A DNA stretch of 61,790 nt, the filler included, from Rhabdomonas costata (Eukaryota), in the NCBI GenBank assembly GCA_019059605.1. It is 20 parts of 20 records of this genome, joined end to end, with 100 filler letters (N's around TTAATTAATTAA, not from the genome) between each part and the next. Parts side by side here need not be neighbours in the genome. Positions count along the whole stretch, not along the records: positions 21,666 to 24,652 come from JAHMHO010001584.1; positions 24,753 to 27,742 come from JAHMHO010001585.1; positions 27,843 to 30,902 come from JAHMHO010001586.1; positions 31,003 to 33,993 come from JAHMHO010001587.1; positions 34,094 to 37,081 come from JAHMHO010001588.1; positions 37,182 to 40,165 come from JAHMHO010001589.1; 14 more parts are not named here. One strand, 5' to 3'. Position 1 is the stretch's first letter. Each line of letters starts with the position of its first letter. The notes beneath the pieces are model-generated. The model saw only the letters and a program-made list of their open reading frames with translations. It had not been told where the DNA came from and made no database searches. The position numbers and the translations under genes are program-made. Positions 24,629 through 37,758 of this stretch are shown here, piece after piece.

Positions 24629-25239
24629 CACAATGGTCTGAGAACCACAAACNNNNNNNNNNNNNNNNNNNNNNNNNNNNNNNNNNNNNNNNNNNNTTAA
24701 TTAATTAANNNNNNNNNNNNNNNNNNNNNNNNNNNNNNNNNNNNNNNNNNNNTTGTTGTGTGACAAAATGATAAAAACATTGTCACGCAGACATCTGACA
24801 CCCAGTGCAATTATTTCGGCAGCAACAGCTATTGCTCATTGTCCAATGATCCACGTGACAGAGAAGCCGAGGAGCCGAGAGAGAGTGAGAGAGAGTGAGA
24901 TTCGAAAGTTCTGTATTCCAAAAGAAAAAGAGCACGGAAAGCTGTGTGTGCGCAGGATGCCAGAGGAAAGCTTCTCTCCGGATCTATTTCGGTTGTCCTG
25001 GGAAAATTGCATGCCGAAGCAATGTGGTGAAATTTTCTGTCGTCTTGGAGTCAGTAATTTGGGGAACAGGGAGGGCTCAAAGATGAAAGGAAGAAACCAG
25101 TGACCGAATGAATGATGCGCAGCTGTCATCCTCGTGCAATATTGCATGCGCATGACAGCGTATACAAGGGATGCATTCACAGAGGCACCCATCCAGCTAA
25201 AAATATCCGATAACCAACAGCAAACCCCACGGCGCATAC

Positions 25240-26196
25240 CAGCGCGTTGGGCGCGCTGCACAAGTCTGAGCTGTGCCTCGAAGTGGTCCTGCATGATGGT
25301 CAGAAAGTCCTGTGCCCCATTCAGACAACAGCAGAGGACAGACTGGGAACCCCCCCCCCCATCTTTCCAGGCAGAAGCGAAAGAAAAGAAGGGACAACGC
25401 CTCAGTATTCGCACATGAGCACAACACACCGAAACACTCAAGACACCCAGTACATCACAGATAATTGGACGCCACACAGTCTCGTAGACAGGTTTTGGTT
25501 CAGGAGGATTTTTACAAACGCTATTGGCTCGAATCTGGTGCCGATGAAATGGATTTCGTGAATACTTTGGCAAGCTGAACATGGACAGTCGGAAACAGAT
25601 TTTTGGACTCCAGAATGGATTTTTCTGTGCTTCATAACTTTGTTTCATAACAAGAAGCGTTCCCTCTTGGATATATATACCGTTGTAAACACGACCATTT
25701 TTCCAAAAAAAAAATAATCTGTTTTCGAGGACTCTGCTTCCATTCCACTTGGACATCCTAACTTATCATACCAAACTCTTTCGGGTGCATGTACACCTGG
25801 TACCTGTTTCATGGGGCAGGCGGTGGACCTTGTGTGGTCCCAACAGTGATATGGAGTTCATCGTCCAGCACCCAGGGAACGTGTGTGTTTTAGAGACATT
25901 TCTGTTTCCATCATTTCATTCACGCCTGAATGCATCCAAGTCAAAAATTCGATTCAGCCAGTCAATATGTTAATTTAAGAAGGACGCTGGCTCCGCAAAA
26001 ACAGTTCCCTGCGCACAATTGCTACAGAGGTTCGCGACCCAAGAGCGGGCGAGCAGCAGACCTGATTTTCGTGGTACAGCAAGAGGGTCCGCGTGCGCTC
26101 CTCAAGGCTCAGAAGGTTCCGCAATCGGGACCCACGGTGCTTCACGTCCTCAGAGACCGCCCGCCGCATCCACCGATACTCTGCGGCGACCACAAC
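25240..26196 (-). CDS. Exons of a hypothetical coiled-coil protein
   Basis: AG/GT-bounded exons 26062-26196 (VVVAAEYRW...LEERTRTLLLYHENQ) and 25240-25309 (DFLTIMQDHFEAQLRLVQRAQRA). Confidence 0.5.
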
Positions 26197-27906
26197 CTGC
26201 GAGAGCCGGCAAAGAAAGGTGACCTGCGCAGTGAAAGCAGTGAAAGCTTATTGAGCAAATGAAGACGCATACGCTAAAATGCAAGGGACGTGGGCGCCTC
26301 CGTAAACGCGACGTGGATGAGTGGCCAATATTTCATGGAAAAGGCAACAAAGCCGAAAGATTTCAATACCAAACTCCCAAAAGCGCAAAAACGACAGAAG
26401 CCTTGGAAAAAGCGCTAATAATAGAAACTCCCTGTATACTGATGTTTTCGAGACTTTCTGCAGCAAACTGTTTATTTCAATCTATTGTTTGGTCACGGGT
26501 CAATGGGGCCTCCCTAACCCCCACCGGAGCGCGGCACCAAGTCCGCAGGAAAACTGTAAAACTGAGAGACCTTCACTCCTCAGCCCTGCTTGTCCGAGGC
26601 AAAGCGCCATTTCCTCTCTAGCGCGTCTCGTGCGTCCTACCCTCACGCCCGCCACAGACATGCCCACCCGCAGTTTTCTCACACTCCCGACTCACGTCCG
26701 AATCATTTCAGTTACTTTCGGTTTTCCCTTTTCTTTTGCCGTTTCTGTGCGGTTCCCTTGTGCTTGCGGGGAGAAACAACAGGTTCTGAAGGAAACTTGG
26801 AGCATCATTGTAGGAATTTAGAAGAGTGCATTTTGGCAAATTCCCAAGCAGGCGGAATAAAAGTGGTGGAGGCCCATTATCCACTGATCTCATCGTACAG
26901 AAACAAAACAGCCACCCAGTGTACAGGGGGGTACGTACGGAAAGACTCTTCCACGAGGCCGCCTCCTGATCCAGTACTTGCTTTCGGCTCGCAGAGTCGG
27001 CATTGTACAGCTCCTGAAAGGTCTGCACGAGCAGAGCCAAACCGTGGGTAACCAAAGAAAATTTCCCCAGAACTCACAACAGCAGACCACAACAGTAAAC
27101 AAGGTCGAGTGTCGAGTCGAAGCAGATGGCGAGGGTCGTGAACGTTTGCTGGGTTTGGAGGACCCACCCGTATCGCAAGTACTGAGAAAGACATGAATGT
27201 ATCGACTTTTAGATATGAGAATTTTCGTAAGCGTAAAGCTGGCTTCCTTGAAAGCAGAAAACTGCACACCGCATCGACGTAAGACTTCTCGAAATCCACA
27301 CGGAGGGCATCTGAAATAAAATAAGGCACCCCTCCACAACATCGGCAACCAAAGGACAACATCATGTCGCTCAATCCTAGCTGGAACACCGGCAGTGATC
27401 TGCACTTGTTCAAAATGTCCAAAAAAAAATCTACCTGGAATATGCAGGAGGGAATGAGGGAATAAACTTCAGCTGAGGAGGGTGAGGGCAAGGGAAAGGG
27501 TGAGCTATCGGCGGCGTAGTGCGGTGCACATTCCTGCGATCTTGTCCTGCTCAGCAGACAACCGCCGCCGGCCTCGACTCTGAAAAGAAAGAACGAGAGC
27601 ATTATGGGTACCCGCGTGAAAAAAGGAGTAAACGGGGTGCATCAAGAGACAGGTTTCCGTTTTTGGACGGCTTTCACATCACCCAAGAAAAAGCTTCGTC
27701 AAGGTACCAAACCTGCAGTCACAATGAAAGAAAGGTAGTTCGNNNNNNNNNNNNNNNNNNNNNNNNNNNNNNNNNNNNNNNNNNNNTTAATTAATTAANN
27801 NNNNNNNNNNNNNNNNNNNNNNNNNNNNNNNNNNNNNNNNNNGTTTTTTGGTTCATTTGGACCCTTCGGCCACCTCTGGTTGTTTGATAGTTGTGTGACT
27901 GAGTGA

Positions 27907-27910
<4 letters not shown>

Positions 27911-27937
<27 letters not shown>
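27911..27937. repeat. (GT)n microsatellite
   Basis: Direct reading. Confidence 0.95.
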
Positions 27938-28339
27938 GATGGGCACGGCGCACACTCTCACCCCAATGCCCGTCGTGTTGTCCAGCACGAACAGCAGCAC
28001 CGTGAACGCGCCAAAAAACCAACAGGTGTGCAGAACAAGCAGCACAAGGACACGCCACAGCACACCGCGCCAAGGCGCCCTGTGTGTGCACGTGTGATTC
28101 AGAAACCACAACACTGCTCTTCCTGTGTAGAGGCATCTTTTGCTATTTGCCTGCTGCGCTGAGCTCGTTTTAGGGCTCATGGTTTGATTATAAATAAAAG
28201 GTGAAACAACTTCCTGTGTTTTCTGTGTGATTTGTTTTGCAAGAACGCGTGTCGTTGACCCAGGGGAAACCCCTAATCCTTTTTCAGGATTTGAGGACAG
28301 TTGCATGCGATAGCTCCTGTTTAATCGCAGACACCCATA

Positions 28340-28412
28340 GATAAGCTCACATGCCGCGCGGCACCTTGGGGATAAGCTCATGGGGATAAGCTCACATGCC
28401 GTGCGGCACCTT
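28340..28412. repeat. Short direct repeats
   Basis: gataagctcacatgccgYgcggcaccttg occurs twice, with an extra gataagctca between the copies. Confidence 0.85.
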
Positions 28413-28909
28413 GCGGTTGAAGCTTGCCGCCATGTTTTCGACAGATAGACAGACAGAGCCTGCCTGCTTTTTTGTCCCAACAATTGCGGTGCTTCTCAGA
28501 TCAGAGACGACGAGTTTGAGGCCATTTTTCGCAATCACGGGCCGACTTCTTGTGAGATCAAACGTCTGCCCAGTGGTGAATCCAGAGGTTTGTTAACCCC
28601 CCTCCACACACACCACCACCTTGCAGGGTTTTCGCCTTTCTTTCTCGAAGAAGAAGGAAGAAAAACAGGAACAAACACTCTTCAGAGCTTGTCTGCGCAC
28701 AGGGCAGAAACCGTTGTGCGCAAACACCGATTTCGGCTGTTCCAAGCCGAGCAGTATATATTATGAGAACAATACATGGTACCACCACCACCACCACCAC
28801 CCAGCGCCACCGTCAACCCCTTCGTTTACGTGCTGCTGGGTTGCGACTTTCTTGAACGGGGTACGCCCCTCCCCGTCCTTGTCAACTTTCCTCCCTTTGG
28901 CCTGTGCAG

Positions 28910-29037
28910 GGTTCGGGTTTGTATTCTTCGCGAGCCCAGAAGACGCTGCCCGGGCACGTGTCTCGCTGGCAGGCAGTGCGCTGGCCGGCCGGCCCATGGT
29001 GATAAAGTACGCCGACGACAAGGGCAGCGGGGCAGCG
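28910..29037 (+). CDS. Exon of an RNA recognition motif (RRM) protein
   Basis: cag|G-F-G-F-V-F-F (RNP1) ASPEDAARARVSLAGSALAGRPMVIKYADD..|gt. Confidence 0.85.
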
Positions 29038-29650
29038 GTGACCTGTGCTTCCCCCCCCCCCCTTCTCTCTCCGTGGTACTGGGGAAGAGGAACTGGAGGC
29101 TTCCCCAAGAAAATGTCCCTTTCCCTTGTACACTAGGCGTGTATGCTCGCAGCGACTTTTTTCCGTTGGAAGGTGTTTACCCCCTTTTTGTATTCTTCTT
29201 TCTTGGTTTCGCCCGAGTGAAGCCAGTTCTCTATTCAGGTTTATCTTTTGCCAAGCTTTTTGACTTTTTAACTCTGTAAGCACAGGGTTCCCAGCAGCAC
29301 ACGTGCACCCAGAAGGGAAGAGGTCAGACCGCACAAAAACAGAAGAGCAAGTCTACTGCACAACGCAGAACAATGAGAGAGAGAGAGAGCGGTTCCAATC
29401 GAGAAAGAGGTCTTCCCCATCGACGAACTGATGGGGACATCCTGCAGGCCATCAGCACCTGCACTTCATGAGGCGCGTCCCCACCTACCTGGCACCGTGC
29501 TGATGCACATGACGCGCATCCCCGCGAGCTCGGTAAGTGGAACGGGCTCGCTTTTTTCACAGGTGTGACCTGTTCTCCGTGTTCCTCCTACAGCGTGCCT
29601 GCGTCCCCCCTGCACTGCACTACACTCACACCGAGGACATCCATCGAGAT

Positions 29651-29677
29651 GAGAGAGAGAGAGAGAGAGAGAGAGAG
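29651..29677. repeat. (GA)n microsatellite
   Basis: Direct reading; another copy at 36924-36946. Confidence 0.95.
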
Positions 29678-31613
29678 CCGTCGTTAATCCAGGCCGAGAT
29701 CACCGAAGTTCTGGGGAAGCTTTCTTCACTGAGGCGCCTGGAGGCCTGTTGTATATGCAAAAGACCCCTGGCCTGCTTCGGCGTAGCCCTCCTCAAATCC
29801 GACTTGTTGCTCCTTGACCTTTCGTCGATTGTTGGGGATTCCCGCTACGATCTCTGGGCTCTCCAGAAGTCCTGGGCAAAGAGCTCGATCAAGCAGCCTC
29901 CGTGTTTGACAACGACTGTTCCAGTGTTTCCTTCGTCGCCTTCGGTGTGCCGGACATTCCGGCAGTTGGATTGAGGCCCTTCCTGGAGGTGCGGACACCC
30001 TCTCAGCCCTTTCATCTTCGGAGTGGCAAGCTCGCTGCGGCGTTTCATTCGGTCCTGGGGAGAATTGCGGTGGATGGGCATCCTCCTCCATCCTCTCGGG
30101 TAGCATGCTGCGGTTGCGCCTCGTGTGCGCCACGCCCGACAGAAGCGGCTTAGGGACGCTTGCTGACGAGTGCCGACTTGCCGGCTTGCCGGCGACCACA
30201 GAGGTCGCCACCCCAGGCTCCTCGGAGCGACCTCATCTCTTTCTCAGACGACACCAGCCCCGCCGCCCCGGACACCTCGGCGGGCCAGTGGCTATAGAAG
30301 CTTTTGGTTCCTTTCCGTGAAAGCATAAGACACACCTGCTCTCCTGGCTTCGTTGTGGCCCTCTGAACCGGCGTGCAACTCCTCGTTTGCGGGCAAGCCA
30401 TGTTGCTGCCGTGAACATTTCCTTCAAAAAATCGTTTCCTTTGCGTTTCCATTGTTCCAAACTGTCCCTGTCAAAGAATAAACACTGCACGTAAAATTCT
30501 ACAGTCCAGACTTTCCCTTTGTCCCCAAAAAATATAAACGCCCATTCAAACTTTTCCAGCGAAATGCATTTTTTTTAGCTTTAGTTTAACAAACGCCTTC
30601 ACCTATTTGTCAAACCTACACCACACTTCAAGGGATACCGAGGAACACACCTGCATCCCATGAAAGGAGACCAAGCGGCCAGTAGCGCCCACGTCCTTAT
30701 CCCAACTCAAAGAACCAAAAAGAAGAAGCCTTACCCCGTTCATGGCACTCCCTATGCACTCTGACGGATGACGGAGAAAAGGGAACAGGGCCACCAACGG
30801 CAATCGTACCAACCACAATGCTTTAATTTACAGTCTGACAATTGAGTTACTCCCAGACGACCTCGAAAGACGATATGCAAGGGCAAGCCCACACAAACAA
30901 ACNNNNNNNNNNNNNNNNNNNNNNNNNNNNNNNNNNNNNNNNNNNNTTAATTAATTAANNNNNNNNNNNNNNNNNNNNNNNNNNNNNNNNNNNNNNNNNN
31001 NNTTGGGGTTGTCGGCTGATGTTATATGTTGAAGGTGCACGCCGTCCATCCGAAACACGCCTATATCATCTTCAAAACGACTGTTCTTGAGGCCGAAGCT
31101 TCGCCTTTGCACTGTGTACCTAAAAAGTCTGAAAGGACTGGAGATTTACTCCTAAAAATCCTTCCCATACCGTATTTTGCCTCCCAGGCCAAACCCTCAT
31201 CTACGGGCTGCGCTCATCTCCACGTACACTACATTTTCGAGACCAGCGGCATAAAACAGGGTAAAAAGACTTCGTTCGGAATGTTACAGACTAATCTCTC
31301 AGTTTTCGGGTGGAGCTAGCCTTATCTTTAAATCGGTTGTAAAGATGGTGACGGAGGTGTTTTGAGGAGGTAATGGACCACACACTTTAACAGGATGCGC
31401 TTCGTCGATTTCATGCCCAAAACATCTGCACGGCGCTGGAAGGGGCTTGAAGGCGTTTTGACAGAACTCCCTCTTCATTTGAGCCATTCACCACCCCCCA
31501 CTCTCCAAACACACAGCCCTCCACCTTCACTCCCTTTCAGAGAAATCATCCAAGGCAGCTGCAGGAAGGAAATCACCAACACAGGCAGTACTTCTCTGTA
31601 ATTCAAGATTCAC

Positions 31614-33013
31614 CCGGGCCTGAACATCTTCTCGCTGCTTCTCTTGCTTTGCGCCGCTTCAGTCCGTCGCTTACCTCCCACTACTCCAGATATAGAAATA
31701 CGAGCCCAGGAAGATCGGCAGACAATAGGAGAGGGCAGCCCGTTCACCTCGCGCCAGAACGGCGTCAGTAGCGGGACCTTCTCCAGCACGGCGTGCAGAA
31801 GCATCTCCTTGAACGGCTTGCCCTCGAACTTCATCATCCGCGCCGCCTCGTACTCCGACAGCGTCACTCGGCTCCAGTGCTGGCTCACCTTTCCATATGC
31901 ACACACCCGTAACCGCACACTAAGTGAGGTGCGAAGGGTTGTGGGCCACTGGTACAGATACAGTAAGGCAGAAAATCGGTTGGAATCCAAATTCCCAATC
32001 CAAGTGCTGATGAAAAAACGAAAACAGATCTTGCATGCAGAAAGAAAAGGTGCCAAGGGTTCTGCCTCCAATACATCTAATTCACTTCCAAATAACTTTC
32101 CCAACGAAAGCAAAATAAACATGGGTGAGACCTTCCACTTCATGATCAGCACCAGCCCAGGCCACTGCGGGCACTCGTAGTTCTTATCCAGCACGAACAC
32201 CGACACCGCGCTGCCCCCCGCCGCGGCCTCCCCTTGCTTGCCCTTCAGTACACCGAGGACGTTGCTGAAGCACTGCGTGTGGGTTTCCAGCTGTTCATGG
32301 CCCCCAAACCACCGCGGCAGAAGCACCCAGCACACGCACAGCAGCAGGATCAGCCCAAACACCGTTAGCATCGTCCCCACCAGCTCCGGGATCGACCCCG
32401 AGGCGAACGCCAGGATCAGGAACTTGAAGCCCTGGTCGAACCCAGACACCAGAGTGCCCTTGAACGCCGAGATGTACGAGAACACCGCCATCTGCTGGAT
32501 GTTCGCCATGTAGATGTTCATGCTGGACACCGTCGGGGAGTTCCCTGAGCAGTGGGCACCACCACCAAAGAAGAACCTCACGAGAAGACCAGTAGCGGGC
32601 TGGTAAGTATGCCACGATGCGAATCCTTATCGCTACACACTGATCGCCAACTATATTAATAAAACTTCATTACATGCGCTGTCCCATGTACCAGGGGTGT
32701 ACGCAGGTGTGTCCGGACAACAAACGGGTGAAAAGCTGGGCCGAAATCCGTCCGCTTGACGCCGGTCTGCGGGCGAACGACTGTCTTCCCCATGCAACCC
32801 CTTCCTGGCCATGCCGGCCTACCTGGTGGCGAGGCCGACGAGGATGCCGAGGTTGTGGCACCCATCGCCGTGGTCGCCGTGGAGCCCGCCAGCACCACCA
32901 CAGACACCACCGCAGCGGTCACCCCAAAGCCGTACCCCACGGCATTGTTGAGACACTTCGAGAGGTCAATGTCGAATTGGGACATGGGCGGGTCACAAGT
33001 GATGATAACGTAC
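31614..33013 (-). CDS. Internal exons of a multi-pass membrane/surface protein
   Basis: Exons 32823-33013 and 32132-32544, and one starting at 31888, splice in frame. VTAAVVSVVVLAGSTATT...MANIQQMAVFSYI...GFDQGFKFLILAF..TM resembles the C-terminal TM modules of large protist surface proteins. Confidence 0.7.
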
Positions 33014-34866
33014 CTAAGAGGAGGCACCCCCTCAGTGCCAAAAACAAAAACGTAAGCTGACCCTGGCGGTAAGGTTCACCGGATTCTCGTGCCCACCCCT
33101 TCACATCTCAATCTTGACCCCAATCATCATCCTCACCCAAAACATGGGCAATCACTCTCTCGGGTTTCCCGAGCGTGTTGGCAGCCGGTTGTGCCGGGAA
33201 ATGGAAAATGGTAATAATTCAATTTCTCTGCACACCCATCAAAACCATGGAAAAAACATCGGGAAGGAGAAGGTGTCGGTACTCTGGGACGTTGCATTTG
33301 AAAAGAGATTAATTGGGATTTTCCAATTGAACACCGCGTCTCCTGCAAAGGAAAGGGAAGAGCAGCTGCTTCAAGCGTTCTGAAAGCTTTTGAAGTGGTT
33401 CCCTCTGGATTTTCGCGGAGGGGAAGAACGGCAGCCCCGTTACCCATTTTGAATATGCATTGTAGCCTATGCCTTTCCCGGCTATATTAGATCAAGGTCT
33501 CCCTCAACCAACATTTCCACTCTGCTGTGTTCCATTATTTCCACTTCCCGCGCCTTTTGACCCACTGTATTCATTACTTGCTTCTCAAAACCAATGCTTT
33601 GCTTTTTGGGGTGATTGCCCCAACTCTCAGTGCGCCAGTTTCGCGCCTGTTTTCCTTTGTGCCATTTCCCTGGCTCACCAACATCCCAACATTGTTGTGC
33701 AGCTGTTCTTTTTCCGGTGCTTTAGACCGGTTACCAATTCCAATACAGCTGGCAAGAGATGACAATGCGAGAAAGAAAAAGAGCCTGAGAGCGCAATTCC
33801 CGTCCCAACCTTAACCGACCCACAGCCCTCTGACAGCTAAGCTGTAAGCTCCGTCACAAAGGGCAACAACGGAACGCCTGTGCCCCATAAAACCCGTGAA
33901 CAAGTCCCCTGGAAAATCATCACCATCATCCCATCCTTCCAAGCCCTCCAGAATCTGACCACCAAAAAATTGGAGAAGGCAACCCACAACACCNNNNNNN
34001 NNNNNNNNNNNNNNNNNNNNNNNNNNNNNNNNNNNNNTTAATTAATTAANNNNNNNNNNNNNNNNNNNNNNNNNNNNNNNNNNNNNNNNNNNNGGACCTT
34101 GTAATTATGCATAAAAACCGCAAACCAGGCTGAGTTTGCCAAATTTAGGTGAAGGAGTGAGGAGAATCCAAAGCAAACTCGTTTCCCTGAGCCACCAAGC
34201 TGGCAGAAAAGGCAAAGACCTCACCAACCCAGGACACTGTTGAGGCTGACAACAGGCAACGCAACCGACGCACGAGAAACTAGCGGAAAGGCATGCCCAC
34301 GTAGCAGTGCACCCTAAATACAGTGCCAGTGTTTCAGCACGATTCGCTGTATTGGAAGAACCATCCGTAAAAAATCAAGAGAAAAGGAAAAAGGGCCCAG
34401 TAACAAAATACTTCTGTGGATCATGTAGGTTGAGCCTTGTAGGAGTGAGACAAAAGGTCTCTGGTACAGCACAAAAACAGCCCACATAAACACAAGTCAA
34501 CAAGGAATGATTCAGAAAGAAAGGACCTTGCATAAAGAGAGGTCAAAGTGAAGCACAAAGAGACAAGGTGGGATCGAAAAACTGGACCTTCACACGAGAA
34601 ATGCTGAAAAGGGCACATTTGCTGGTCACGTGTGCAAAAACCGCACCGTGGCGAAAAGTGAAAAGAATAAAAAAGACAAGGACACAACAAAAAATCTACG
34701 TGAGGCACGCGGCCAAGGGTAGCGCCGCGGCATTGTTAGAAAAGGGCAAAAGGGTTGGAGTTGGGAATGTTCAGACGAGAGAGCATGGTTTCTTGGCACA
34801 CCCCCATCACCAAACATGGAAAAAGCCTCCGGTACAGGGCGAATGGAAGCTGGAGCGAGGTTTTAC

Positions 34867-35580
34867 AGCTCAACGCTCTGGCCCGCAAGCGGCGGGGACA
34901 GAGCAGGCAGAGATATGCGGTGGGCGCCCTCCTTGCGGGCAGGGGAGGTGAAGGACTGGCACGGGATGGCCAGAGTCACACGTCTCGAATGTGCCTGAGG
35001 TGAAGCAACCCCAAAACTACCACTGCCTGGAGATGCTCTGCTGTGAGTAAATGGGTGTCAGTAAATGCTTCAACTACCCAAGTTTGACTGTATCCTTGCC
35101 ACGGCACTACCCAGAACATACTACATACTGGTGGGGGGCAAGTGGTTAATAAATTGGCAATCTGGTGTGACCCACTGCAATCCAAACACTGACCTCACCT
35201 ATAATCCATAAGTGTGCATGAGTTTTGCAGGGTTTGTAATTCTTAAGTTTAAAGCTGATGTACCATGGGTTACCCTGGCCTACCATGAAAACCTTTTTCC
35301 TTGGAGCCTCGACTCATGCTGTCCAAGGGTCAATAAACCGGAATTTCACGAGAGAGATTGCCAATTGGGAAGAAGTGGGGAGCGGGTGAAGTGTACACGC
35401 TGGGGTGATGGTCATACGGTTGCTTACTGTGGGTGGAAATACGATACTATATCGAGATGCGGCATCAATCACGCAACCACACACGAGCAACGCACCATCA
35501 ACCCATACTTGCACATCAGGAAAGGAGAGCGGGCTCGGTCGGCTGCGGGCGATCTTCGGCACGGGGGGTGGCCGGGGAAC
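34867..35580 (-). CDS. Exons of a Pro/Ser-rich hypothetical protein
   Basis: AG/GT-bounded segments 35509-35580 and 34867-34955 join in phase 0. No recognisable domain. Confidence 0.3.
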
Positions 35581-37213
35581 CTAATCGAACAAGACGAGGG
35601 TTAGGGCATACAGAGCAATTGTAGGCAGCTGGGAGGACATATCACATAGCACAGAGCAAAGACATCACAATCAAAGCGAAAGAAAAAAGTTAACACGCTT
35701 ACACAGCAGCAAGGAAGTTAAGAGCAAACCATACGTACTTCGCTCTGCACAGCAGTGCTTCCCAACTCACTGAATGTATGAAGCTTGTCGCCATTTTGAT
35801 GTGGAGCCATTTTGACGTGGAGACCACCGCGTCCCTAAGCCTTCAAGGTATCCGCCTGCATTACGGCAACCTTTGCAGGAGAGCACCGCCGCTAGGGACG
35901 CTGATAGCAGATCATTTGGTGAAACGAAAGAAGGTTCTACTGAATACAGTGCACGGGGGCTCACCGAGGTGGATCCCAGCTGCACCGCAGCTGACGCGGG
36001 GACCCGCTCTCTGCACGTTTGGGGCGTCTGTTGGCTGACGCTGCTCAGCCCTAGCTCGCAAGATTTCTACATTGACGGCTGCTCTACTTCTACTTGCTTG
36101 AAGCAGCAATATAAAATTCTTTCTCAATTCCACGGTATACAGTCACGATGTACAGCTGGGAGCAGGGAATCCAGCAGCCGGATAACGCGAGACCTCACGT
36201 TGGTAATACCAACAGAAACCTGGCTCTCAAAACATGACTTTCCTCGACCGTACACAGCCGTTGTATCGAATAGAAACCAAACCCTTCCTGTGAAAGTCGG
36301 TCGTGGAAATGTCGACTTTCATACTTCTTCGGTCGAGTTCCCCATTCTCAAAAGCGGGTTGAAAAGGGACTTGCGTTTTGCGAGCTCTACCCGCTCCTTG
36401 TACACTCCACCCCAACTCTCCATTTGTAAACAGCGGCCTAGCTGCGCTGGGGTTGTATTCGCCCCAAGCTCATCAATGGAGACAAATAAGAAATGAGCGA
36501 CCGCACGGTGACGCACCACAATGGGTGTCCCATTTTGAAGAAAAAAAAAAAAAAGACAATCGCTCAAAAGCAGAAAGTTGAACGGGTCTTCACTCCGAAA
36601 TATAGAAGTGTCAAGACCGGGCGAAAAAGCAGTGGATTGAAATCCCTGTTTGCAGGCGCACTGGAGTTTTTCACTTTTGCGATTAAGGGGGACAGGAAGG
36701 GCATTGTGCCTTATATGCATATCCGTCGAACACTGAACATTCGTGTCCTGGACAAGGGTGAGGCATTGCCGAGAAAGAAAGGTCTATTCGAAAGTACACC
36801 GCCGTTCCGCCCAAAAGATATCAGGTCAGGAAACAAAAAAGGCGGGAGGAAAACTGTGACGCTTCAGAGAACCACGCGCCACGAGGGCCAGAAGAAGCAA
36901 CTTCACATTTAAATCGCGGTACAAGAGAGAGAGAGAGAGAGAGAGAATCCTCGCTGTGACCGCAGCAAGGTCAATTCCGTGGGAGACACCAATAGCACAC
37001 CAGAAAAAGGCGTGGGGGCAGGGCCTGCAGCATCAGCTTCTCCTCGAACCAGGCCGCTGCCCCTGAGCGGCACACAAACACNNNNNNNNNNNNNNNNNNN
37101 NNNNNNNNNNNNNNNNNNNNNNNNNTTAATTAATTAANNNNNNNNNNNNNNNNNNNNNNNNNNNNNNNNNNNNNNNNNNNNGGGGGTTTGTGATTACAAT
37201 GAAGATGGGCTTC

Positions 37214-37758
37214 TGGTTGTATGCCACGGCGTACAGCAGTGGGGTGAATCTATTCAATGACAGACACAAGGGAAGCCCATCTTCATTGTAATCACAGACC
37301 CATCCTTGAGCGTCCTCAACAAAAAGCAAAACGGAAGCACCACAAAGTCATACGGGGCTTTGCATTGACGCAATCGCAAATTAAACGCAAACGTTTCCTT
37401 TCAACTTTTTGTTATTGTATTAAAGTGTCATTGCGCAAGAAATCTCATCTTAGAGAGAAAATCAGACTTCCAAGAAAAATCATCTTAATCAGAAAAACGC
37501 CATTATAATACATTATAATACGATACCTCGGCTTTCAAATTTTTTCAGTGACTCTGAAGGAAACGAAACGCCTGTACAACTCAACAGCACAACAGCGCAC
37601 CCGAAGTGGTTGGGTTGCTCCAGCAGTCCGGGCTCGCCACGGTCCAGCAGGGTGCGGACCTGCGACAGATCCCCCAGGCGGATACTCTCGAACAGCGCGT
37701 TGGGCTCCACGGCAAGCCTCCCCTGCTCCATAGAACTGCGCGCCCGCTGCGCAGCCAT
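37214..37758 (-). CDS. Ankyrin repeat protein, 5' exons
   Basis: Exon 37601-37758 (ALFESIRLGDLSQVRTLLDRG...NHFG) splices to 37249 (FTPLLYAVAYNQ), restoring the G-x-TPL ankyrin motif. Confidence 0.85.

Noticed and set aside
24836-25756. 306-aa minus-strand ORF
   Set aside because: Mostly intron-like composition; only 25240-25309 looks exonic.
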